From NCBI GenBank assembly GCA_963666975.2, contig CAXVYR010000003.1, positions 672,001 through 736,000 of the forward strand: a stretch of DNA of 64,000 nucleotides, read 5' to 3'. A program made the translations under genes and the position numbers. Each line of letters begins with the position of its first letter. The stretch's first letter is position 1. Shown here piece by piece: positions 1 through 8,132 of this stretch. This DNA is from Terriglobia bacterium. Lineage in GTDB: Bacteria; Acidobacteriota; Terriglobia; 2-12-FULL-54-10. The notes beneath the pieces were generated by a model. That model was not told the DNA's origin. It searched no databases and worked only from the letters and a program-made list of their open reading frames with translations.

Positions 1-522
1 TTGGCCTCTGACGGCTGCTCTAGCGGAATCTACTGTCTCGACGGGGATAATAAGGCCGTCATGAACTAGGGGAGGGCTGTCAATCATCGCTCCCGCCGGA
101 TAAACCCTCGGCCCTGAAATTAACCCCTTCTCGATTGCCAATGCTTGGGCGAGTATCCAGGGGTCCGTATTTCCTGTGTCCAAAAGCGATGTGATTCCGT
201 AATAAAGATAGAGTTGAGCTGTATAGCCGGCGTAATGCGTGTGTCCGTCGATCAGGCCAGGAAGTACAAACTTTCCCTCCGCCTCAATCACCTGGGCTCC
301 AGCAGGGACCGGCTGATTTGCATCCGGGGAGACGCTCTGTATCTTGTTGCCACGGACAAGGATGGTCCCGTTTTCCCTGGGATCGACCCCTGTTCCGTCG
401 ATAAGGGTTCCACCTCGGATGACCAGGGATGCAGTTGTTCCTGTGTCTTCGGGACCGTCGGTGGGAGGGGCGGCGCAACTTGCCAAGAACAGGATCGATA
501 TCAAAGCCGTGAGTTGCTTCAT
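1..522 (-). CDS. Amidohydrolase family lipoprotein (3' end runs off window)
   Basis: Not in the ORF track. Manual translation from ATG 522 (RBS GAGAGGA) gives MKQLTALISILFLASC (lipobox) ... LVIRGGTLIDGTG ... VLPGLIDGHTH ... YGITSLLDTG, the amidohydrolase N-terminal strand plus the DxHxH metal motif. Confidence 0.85.
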   Translation of the reverse strand, partial: MKQLTALISILFLASCAAPPTDGPEDTGTTASLVIRGGTLIDGTGVDPRENGTILVRGNKIQSVSPDANQPVPAGAQVIEAEGKFVLPGLIDGHTHYAGYTAQLYLYYGITSLLDTGNTDPWILAQALAIEKGLISGPRVYPAGAMIDSPPLVHDGLIIPVETVDSARAAVRGQ

Positions 523-537
523 AAAGGTTTCCTCTCT

Positions 538-623
538 TCCTCAGAAAAATCTCCCACATGCCACCTGTACCAAACGAGATGAGGACCTCGTACGAGCCAA
601 GCCGGTCACCGGGGGAAATTGGC
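538..623 (-). pseudogene. Short 5' remnant of a Ser/Thr protein kinase gene
   Basis: LPISPGDRLGSYEVLISFGTGGMWEIF resembles the kinase N-terminus/Gly-rich loop (LxPGxRLGPYEIxxxLGxGGMGEVY); no further kinase motifs follow. Confidence 0.55.
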
Positions 624-797
624 AGGATTACTCCTGCCAATGATTGAAATTAATGGGGAAAGATTACACGAGGGGAGAGGGGAAAGCAATGCAACCTAAG
701 GACGCAATGGTGTTCTGAGCTTGAGTGGACAAGGTGGCTGGCGGATGCTTTTGAGCGGGGCAGAGGCAAATCGCAAATTCTAGTTATTATTTAAACC

Positions 798-1230
798 TCA
801 TTCGATCCGCCAAGGGTTCGGCCGGTAGCCCACCAAAGTGGGCATTGCAGCCGGATTGATTGCCGCCATCTTTATCGCCTTCGCCGCTGCCAAAGCGAGG
901 CTGTTGGCATAATCGTCGTGCTCTCCGCGGGGGTGATCTACCAGTGTCTTCCCTCCAGCTCTCGGGCGTGCCTCCAGCATCTTTAGCTCTCTGACCAGCC
1001 TCGGATGGTCCACAAGGTCCATACGACTCTGTGCGAAAAGTGGCTGCATTTCCATGTAAGCTTCGGCTTTGGTCATCTCCGCGTCTTGGTAGTGGATTCC
1101 TTCCCGCTGAAATGCTTCCCGCACCCAGCCAGCGGCGTACCGATCCCCAAAAACCGCACAGAGTCGATAATCCTTGAGAGTTTCAGCAATCTCCTTCACA
1201 ACTCCTTCCAAATCCACTTTCTGATTTCGT
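798..1230 (-). pseudogene. Terminase large subunit C-terminal (nuclease) fragment
   Basis: VFGDRYAAGWVREAF...KAEAYMEMQPLF...RLVRELKMLE...DHPRGEHDDYANSLALA resembles TerL RNase H-like C-termini; there is no ATPase domain and no start of its own. Confidence 0.7.
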
Positions 1231-1951
1231 TCGTACTTATCCCGGAATTTCCCAAAACTAAGAATGTTCGCCCGCAAGAAGGAATCTTACTGGCACCACT
1301 CAAGTAACTTACGGGCTTCTTGCGGATCGCGCTTGTCCCGGCGAAGCATCAGATCCGCCTCGTATATCCACTTTTTCATTTGAGTTTTTGTCTTCGCTTT
1401 GGCTGTTAGGTTGTTTTCAGAGATTCGGGTCGCCAGGAGCTTTGCCGATTCGACGGCTTTTGCACAAAACAAAGAAGACTTATTTAATTCTTTTTCGTAT
1501 TTTGATTATCTATTTCGGGCGCAGAATCTGCGCGGGTCTCATGCAGTATTTTGCGAGGGTTATCTGCACTTCCTTGTACCGGCGCAGAATCTACGGGGGT
1601 GCATTCCTTGCGGGGGTCCCGGCAGAGCAAGCAACCCTTGGCCGCCTTTAGCAAATAGTAAATATTTGAACCAGTACCATTCTTCTGGTGCTCAATTCGT
1701 ATATAGCCGACTTGTTTCAACTTCCTTAGCGCGAGTTGAACAGTTCTGTCGCCCGTGCCGGACCGTTGCGCGATTGTGGGCACGCTCGGCCTTATTTCAT
1801 GGCAGCCAGCGAAGGTCGCCAGGGCCGCATATATGACCTTCTCAGCCGAGGTTAAATGGGGGGCGGCAAAAACGGCATTGTTGACCCATGACCATTGGCC
1901 GTTTCTTCTGTCACGAATTTGCATTTCCCCAGTCAGGACCACTTCGTTCAT
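1231..1951 (-). pseudogene. Phage replication initiator (N-terminal wHTH, lambda O-like C-terminus), frameshifted and interrupted
   Basis: 1951-1484 encodes an HTH_36-type region (LTSAEKVIYAAL...PSVPTIAQRSGTGDRTVQLALRKLKQVGYI). The -1 frame continues as WIYEADLMLRRDKRDPQEARKLLEWCQ*DSFLRANILSFGKFRDKY, similar to lambda O C-terminal motifs. Confidence 0.7.
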
Positions 1952-2159
1952 CTCTTTTTCTTTCCATCCAAATGCGAACTTCTTCTTCGGGCCAACCAAT
2001 GGCAGCTTGCCCCATCTGGACGGGCGAAGGAAAATGACCCGCTCTGGTCCAACGCCACAACGTTGAATGGCTCACTCCAATCAGTGCGCGTACCTCGGAT
2101 TCCCGAAGGAATCGTGGCAATGTTTGTGCCGCCGTTACCGACATGCCTTGCACCTCCAT
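1911..2159 (-). CDS. AlpA family phage regulator / excisionase
   Basis: RFLRESEVRALIGVSHSTLWRWTRAGHFPSPVQMGQAAIGWPEEEV is the typical AlpA pattern; located near the integrase. Confidence 0.9.
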   Translation of the reverse strand: MEVQGMSVTAAQTLPRFLRESEVRALIGVSHSTLWRWTRAGHFPSPVQMGQAAIGWPEEEVRIWMERKRDERSGPDWGNANS

Positions 2160-2256
2160 AAGTTCGTTTTCTATGCCTTAGCTTAAGCGAAGCGCCAGAC
2201 TCTGAATCCGGGACGATTTTATTTTCTCGAAAAAATTAGGCAGGCTTTTGGGTGGG

Positions 2257-3132
2257 TTACTTCTCGAACGGCAGTAGGCCGCAGCAGATCAACAATTTCT
2301 TTTGCGGCTGCACTCTTTCGTGCTTCTGATAATCTGCGTAATCTTGTGGGACACCAGAGGCTTTCAGTTCGCGCTTAATCTTCTGTAGCCACGGGCGCGA
2401 AGGTGGTCCTCGTCGGTTCCTGCGAAGTGATCCTGGAGGATTCCAGTTGATAAATTCGTCCTTTGAGAGCCTATCGAGAAGAGTTTCTAATGCGACAACG
2501 GTTTCGAGTTCCGGCGCTAACGGTAAGGAAATTCCAGTGGGCTGCGGCGAAGAAACAAGCCAATACCGAAAATCTCGTACACATGCCTCAAGGTTATTTT
2601 TCAGTTGATTTCGTTTCGTTATAAATTCTCGCCGACTGTCAAGAGTCCGGCTCGGAAGAAGCTGGTCGTAGTAGGCTTGTTTTGCTTCGATGAGTGCTTT
2701 CAGGGCTTTGCCAAAATCAGTTCAGCCCCTCCTTCCCAAACGTTGGAGCGTAATATCCATCTGCTTGCGCCGCTCTTCGTAGTGCCCATCGCCAAATTCC
2801 GCGTCGCGCTCCAACTCGACGGGCAGGCGCTCCTCTTTTTGTTGGCGGTCTTTCACATATTGAATGCCGTACTGCTGGTCCATCTTCTTTGAAACCCGCT
2901 CCCCGATCTTCTGCAAATCCTTGCCAATCGAGTTTTTCTGCATCTCACGAAAAAGTTTCATGTAATCCAACTTGTATTCCAGAGTGTTCAAGTTCCGGAA
3001 ATTCACCCAAGGGTCTTTCTTGCACTCGCCTTTAGCATCCCGCAAAGGCCACGTTATGAGTAATTCGTAAAAACCCTCGCGTGGCTTTTCCGAGATCATA
3101 CGCTTACCGATTGACGCTTTTTTTGCCCTCAC
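2257..3132 (-). pseudogene. Hypothetical element protein with one in-frame TGA at 2722-2724
   Basis: The 136-aa ORF overlapping the integrase stop continues in the same frame for 154 more sense codons to TAA at 2259-2257. Confidence 0.55.
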
Positions 3133-4319
3133 TTGCTCCCTCTCTGCGTTTTCACTTCCCGCAAATTACTCACGATTACCTGTAGCCTATTTCCCCAGGC
3201 TTCCAGGGCCTCGCGCTTTTCCTGGTCATACCCATGCCGGTCATAAACGGCTGTTGCACCTTTTTCGGCGTGGTTCAAAATTTTCTGGATCGTCAGCCTC
3301 GGAACACCCCTGCTGGCCATGTGACTCGCTGCGCTTCTCCGCAGATCGTGTGCTCGGAAATCTAAGCCAGTTTCCTTTCGCAAGCGAGCAACGGCCTTCT
3401 GAACGTTTTCCAGGTGTCCACTGTCGCCGTGGCTTGGGAAAATCCATTCCGACGCCCCTCTGTCGTTTTTGAGTCGTTCCAGGACACGGAGAACGTTCGT
3501 GCTTAGTGGTACGCGATGAGGCAGTTTGTTCTTTGAAAATTCCCTCGGTATGGTCCACCACCCTTTCGCGAAATCAATATCGGACCATTTCATCGTCTGC
3601 ACTTCCCCGCCGCGCTGCGCCGTTATCAGTCTCACCTTGAACGTTGCTGCTATCGAAGAATCTTCTTTGTCGAAAGCCTCCCAGAGTCGCTTGATCTCAT
3701 CCTCGGACAGCACACGATCCCGCTGCCGCTCTTCCGCTGGCCTAGGCAACAGATGGCAAGGTGATGCTTCTAATATGTCGTTCTGGATTGCCCAATTGTA
3801 AATCTTGCGAATCAGCGCGTGTACGCGATTGGCTTCTATTGGAGCATCCTCAGCCAGCTTCTCTAGGAAGGCTCGCACTTGAGCTCTGGTAAGGTCGTTG
3901 GCTCGCAGCGTGCCCCATCGCGGAGCCAGCACGTTATTGATGCGCCGCTCATCTTCCTTCCAGCTCTTCTTTCGCTTCTTTGCGTATCGCTCCAGATATT
4001 GGTTGCAGAGGTCCTTAAAAGTTTCTCCCATCCGATCCTGGCGCTTCTTTGAGGCGGGATCGGCAATGCCCTTGGACGCATCCCGCAGCGAGTCCTTTGC
4101 GCTGTCCCGCGCATTAGCTAACGTCAGCGTGGGGTACGTTCCAATCGTCAACCGACGCAGCCTCCCGGCGAATCGGTACATCAGCGTGAAAGTCTTGCGC
4201 CCCAATGGGGAGACCCGCACGCCGAAGCCCGGCAGGCCTTCGTCAAAGTAATCCACCTGCCTTTCGGCATTCGGCCTGAGCGCGTCCAGCTTTTTCGCGG
4301 TCAGTTTTACGGTCGGCAT
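3129..4319 (-). CDS. Tyrosine integrase, P4-like, with N-terminal arm-binding domain
   Basis: N-terminus KLTAKKLDALRP...YFDEGLPGFGVRVS; catalytic TAQRGGE, SKNK, HDLRR, LNH, VYDR. Confidence 0.95.
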   Translation of the reverse strand: MPTVKLTAKKLDALRPNAERQVDYFDEGLPGFGVRVSPLGRKTFTLMYRFAGRLRRLTIGTYPTLTLANARDSAKDSLRDASKGIADPASKKRQDRMGETFKDLCNQYLERYAKKRKKSWKEDERRINNVLAPRWGTLRANDLTRAQVRAFLEKLAEDAPIEANRVHALIRKIYNWAIQNDILEASPCHLLPRPAEERQRDRVLSEDEIKRLWEAFDKEDSSIAATFKVRLITAQRGGEVQTMKWSDIDFAKGWWTIPREFSKNKLPHRVPLSTNVLRVLERLKNDRGASEWIFPSHGDSGHLENVQKAVARLRKETGLDFRAHDLRRSAASHMASRGVPRLTIQKILNHAEKGATAVYDRHGYDQEKREALEAWGNRLQVIVSNLREVKTQRGSK

Positions 4320-4346
4320 CAGTGTGTCCAATCCTTTCCGGGTTGC

Positions 4347-4444
4347 AGGCAACAGCAGGTAACGGGAGGCAATGGGCAGGTAACAGGCAACCCACTGATT
4401 CCTGTCAGTGTGTCATCCCATCGCGTAGGTAACACTTAGGTAAC
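4347..4444 (+). repeat. Seven AGG(T/C)AA(C/T) direct repeats, probable integrase arm-type sites
   Basis: Copies start at 4347, 4357, 4367, 4378, 4385, 4427 and 4438, between the integrase start and the att core. Confidence 0.6.
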
Positions 4445-4560
4445 AAACGGCTGGAATTTGTTGCAACTCCATGCCCTTGATTGGAACACAGTATTTGCAG
4501 TAATGCAAGCATTTTCTTGGGTTTTTATGTTTCAGGAAGTTACAGAAAATAGCAGAATAT

Positions 4561-4610
4561 ACTGACTATAGATCAGTAGGTCGGGAGTTCAAATCTCTCC
4601 GGCCGCACCA
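4561..4610 (+). other. att site: 3' half of a tRNA-Arg(ACG)-like gene
   Basis: ACTGA-CTATAGA-TCAGT anticodon arm, GGGAG-TTCAAAT-CTCTC T arm, ends CGGCCGCACCA; no D arm or 5' acceptor strand upstream. Confidence 0.8.
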
Positions 4611-4669
4611 TTTTTTTGCGTATTCCAAGAGGAAGCAGGACTCAACAAAACCGCTTGAAGAGGAGCCTC

Positions 4670-5257
4670 ATGAAACTGGACTTCTTGGGCGACGCTTTCG
4701 ACCACTGGAAAGGGTCTCTGATTGAGTCCCTAAGCAAAGCGCACATCCTTCGGAATTTCGCCGTGGACCTGATGGTTACCGACGGGGACTGGCGAAATGA
4801 GGACTTCCAGCTCTATGCTCGGCTGCTACGCGTTGCACAAGGCCAACTCCTCGAACATCGAGTAACCCTTACTGAACGGGAGAAGTATTTCAACGAAATC
4901 CAGCATCCTGGCGATCTTTTCCTTGATTCGGACACCGGTGTCGCGACCGGGACCGCGAAAAAGCAGCATGTCAAAGCCTGTGAGATCGGGCAACTGCTCG
5001 ACCGAGGGCCGAGCGACCGTCTCTTAGTGATCTATCAGGCTGTGCGGGGGAAAGTTGAACCACGTGTCAAAGAGGTGGTGAATGCTCTCAAGAAACCCAA
5101 TGTAGTTCTTACCGGATGCTCCTACGAATCCAACACGGCTGCCATGTTATTCCTTTCGCGGATAGCAACACGGTCCGATCAAGTTGCAGATCATTTCGAC
5201 GCTCTTCTCAAACCACGCGCTGGGAACAGGATTAGAAGGTTCCCGGGTGACCAATAG
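4670..5257 (+). CDS. Hypothetical protein, possibly methyltransferase-like fold
   Basis: RBS GAGGAG before ATG 4670; motifs GDAFDHWK and DLFLDSDTG. Confidence 0.6.
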   Translation: MKLDFLGDAFDHWKGSLIESLSKAHILRNFAVDLMVTDGDWRNEDFQLYARLLRVAQGQLLEHRVTLTEREKYFNEIQHPGDLFLDSDTGVATGTAKKQHVKACEIGQLLDRGPSDRLLVIYQAVRGKVEPRVKEVVNALKKPNVVLTGCSYESNTAAMLFLSRIATRSDQVADHFDALLKPRAGNRIRRFPGDQ

Positions 5258-5330
5258 CAGTTGTGGCTAGCTTGTCGCCGGACTCATCTTCTCAAAACGG
5301 CAGCCGCAGCGCGAAGGGCCGCGCTGCGCC

Positions 5331-5564
5331 TCAAAGCAGGCTCAGAAATTCCTCGCCGGTCATCCCGGCATGTCGGATGAGCGCGCGAAGTGTCCCCACA
5401 GAAAGTTCCTTGTGCTGGGGAACCGGCTTGTCCCGAGCGAAGTCGAGGGGAAGGTTTACCCGGATTCCCGGCTTGACCATCACCAGATGACTCCCCACCT
5501 GCCCCAAGGCCCGCCATCCGGCCTTCTGGAAAGCCTTTGCCGCTTCCTTTATGGTGAGCCTGCC
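5331..5564 (-). pseudogene. hicA: HicA family toxin, start codon lost, with an in-frame 24-nt insertion
   Basis: Manual translation: GRLTIKEAAKAFQKAGWRALGQVGSHLVMVKPGIRVNL[PLDFARDK]PVPQHKELSVGTLRALIRHAGMTGEEFLSLL*. The GSH, VPxH and GTLRxxxRxAG HicA motifs are present. Confidence 0.85.
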
Positions 5565-5619
5565 GGCCTTGAGTCGGCAAGGCCGCTGGCATAAAATCTA
5601 AGGCCAAGCAACAATTAAT

Positions 5620-6946
5620 CCCGCATTTCCAGTTTGAAATCGTAGAAGCAACCTTCTGCTAACCTCCAACGTCAATATTGATGCTGGTTCGAGCAGCAAC
5701 ATTCCCTTCCGGAGGTTCACACCGAATGGGTGAGAGACAAAATCAGCCATTTCAACTCACTTTTAATGCCTCGTTGAAGGTCGCTTTCCACGGATCGAGG
5801 GTCACCTCCAACGGAGGGTTGATTCTGGTGCGGGAGTTGGACGAACGATTGGGATTCGGTGAACTCATCAAGCAGCACCTAGCCGATCCTCGGGGGAAGA
5901 ACACACGGTTGCCCCTCGCGGACCTGCTACGGCAGTCGGTGTACAGTCGCTTGGCTGGATACGAGGATGTGAACGATGCCGAGCAACTCTCACGAGATCC
6001 GACCTTCCGGCTGATCGGTTCCGAGAAGAATTGGGATCGAGGGGCAGCAGAAGCTGTGCAAGGAAGTGGTGTTTCGTGCCGACGCGGCCTTTGCCAAGCC
6101 GGAGGTTTACGAAGCGTTGGAGGAGCGGGGTGTGAAGTATGCCATCCGCATCCCTTCCAACGAGAACCTCCAGCGGGACATCGAGGAGTTGCTGAAACTT
6201 CCGGTAGGAAGGCCGGGCCAGAAGCCGTTGGTGGAGTACAAGGGGTTTCTGTACCAAGCCGAGAGTTGGAAGACGGCCCGACGGGTGGTAGCCAAGGTAG
6301 AACATCATCCGGGGGAGTTGTTCCCGCGAGTGGGGTTCATTGTGACGAATCTGACGCTTCCGAGTCGAGCGGTGGTGCGGTTCTATAATAAGCGCGGGAC
6401 GGCAGAGCAGTGGATCAAGGAGGGCAAGCAGGCAGTGAAGATGACGCGGCTCAGTTGCCATCGGTTCCGCTCCAACGAGGTACGGCTGTGGCTGACCATC
6501 ATTGCCTATAGTCTGGGAAATCTTTGGCGGCGGCTGGTGGTGCCACAGAGAATCGGGAACTGGTCCTTGACGAGCCTCCAGCAGCGGCTGGTGAAAACCG
6601 GAGGACGCCTGATTAAGCATGCCCGCTACTATTGGCTATTGCTGCAGAGAGCCATCTGACGAGACGTTTATTTGCTAGCATGCTGGGGCGAATAGATGGG
6701 CTGTCGCTTCCGTCGGGATAGCCCAGCCTGCGGCGCACCCAAGAAAATGATTCCGATATCCCCCAGGCATGGAGAGGTGTCTGCAAAAGCTGGTTCTGGA
6801 AGCCGAGGCGATGGGTTTTGGGGACTCGGAAAGAGCGGCTGGAAGCCGCTGGCAGTATCTCGGAGAAAATATTTGTCTGGAAGGGCTCAGTTGAAGGCCA
6901 ACGGATGTATACTCACGAGTCGGATGGGCCAAAAAACTAATTCCGG
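5620..6946 (+). mobile_element. IS1380 family element with internally deleted transposase (about 5726-6659); ends approximate
   Basis: N-terminal part (VTSNGGLILVRELDERLG, RLAGYEDVNDA) joins out of frame near 6045 to the C-terminal part (FRADAAF, FYNKRGTAEQWIKEGK). Confidence 0.85.
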
Positions 6947-7193
6947 CTAATGACCGTCTGATTGAATGTACAAAAGCCATCTACCTGGGATGGCGAAAAA
7001 AGGAAGCCGGAGTTGCTGATTTGGGGGATACCAACTCAGAGGCTTCGGCTTTCTTGTTTCCCGAAAACCCCGGCTGTTTATGAGCTGCCCGTCCGGAGGC
7101 AACTCTGAGCTTGACCCTCCAGGGAAGCAAGGGTATGTTTTTGACTAAGGCGGGAATTCAAACCGGAAAATCCGGGCAAGAGGAGGGGTCACA

Positions 7194-7508
7194 ATGAAAA
7201 TTTCCATTGTTATGGCGGCGGTTGTATTTACGTGCGCGCTGGGTTTCGGACTTCGCGCCCAAGCTCAGCAGGACGCGCCGAGGGAGCACAGCATGACCGG
7301 GTGCCTGCAGAAGGGCACCGACGGCAATCCGTTCAGGCTTACGGACCTCGAGAGAGGACCTAGCCCGGTGGATATCGCGGAGACGACAGCTAACATGAAT
7401 CCCCACGTCGGCCACAAGGTCACGATCACCGGCACGGCCGTCCCCGACAAGGAGACTCACACGATGAAGGTGACGGCGATGCAGCACGTCTCAGCAACGT
7501 GCCCATAG
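7194..7508 (+). CDS. Small secreted protein
   Basis: RBS GAGGAGG; signal peptide ending AQA; MTGCLQKG...HVGHKVTITG...SATCP with a Cys pair. Confidence 0.75.
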   Translation: MKISIVMAAVVFTCALGFGLRAQAQQDAPREHSMTGCLQKGTDGNPFRLTDLERGPSPVDIAETTANMNPHVGHKVTITGTAVPDKETHTMKVTAMQHVSATCP

Positions 7509-8132
7509 GCTTGACTGTCGGGAGTCTTTTGTTCCTCTGTCTACATGTGCGTGAAGTCTCAAGAAAAGACTCCCGTTCGGTGATTCCGGTCTCCAGATCG
7601 AGCCTAGCAACCTGCTCAACCCTTCCCCATGTGTCGCCAGAAATACCCAGGGTTTCACCAATGGCATCTTCTGAACGGGTAGCGGTCTGCCGCGGCGTTG
7701 GTGCATGAATCGCCTTGACCCTTCCGGCGCTTCGAGCCGGCTTCGGTGAAGCGTGAGAGGTCGCGGCTGACAAACTAACTATATCTCACATAATCATAGT
7801 CTTACTAGAAAACTGCTATCCGCCGACCCCTTTTCGGTTAGCGGGCCACAGGCATGGTCTGGGCGTGTTTCGAGGTGCGATTGACTATTCATGCACCAAA
7901 GCTGCGACGAGGGGGAAAAGAACGTCAGTAGTCGGATGTCTGTCGGAACGCTGGCGCTCCACACCGGATTGTGGCCTTCGCCGGTGATCCCGCCGCCCAC
8001 TTCATCAGCGCCACGAACAGAGCGCAAGCCCATTAATATGACAACTTCCAAGGGGAAAAGATTGAAGGCCATCGGAGTTGCTCATGTGCTAACGGCCGAG
8101 GGGGAAGAAAACATCTCTGTAAGGAGGGCCCA

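Larger units (their letters stand above)
798..4610. mobile_element. Decayed prophage or phage-satellite remnant; left boundary not visible
   Basis: Co-oriented int, hypothetical, alpA, rep and terL fragment next to a tRNA 3'-half. Confidence 0.75.

Noticed and set aside
4540-4610. Complete tRNA gene (for example Tyr-ATA)
   Set aside because: No D arm or 5' acceptor strand; only the 3' half is present.
5284-5607. Track ORFs of 107, 75 and 74 aa
   Set aside because: They are shadow frames of the hicA pseudogene.
7426-7773. Possible ParB-like HTH remnant (AIGETLGISGDTWGRV)
   Set aside because: Too short and weak to call without a search.
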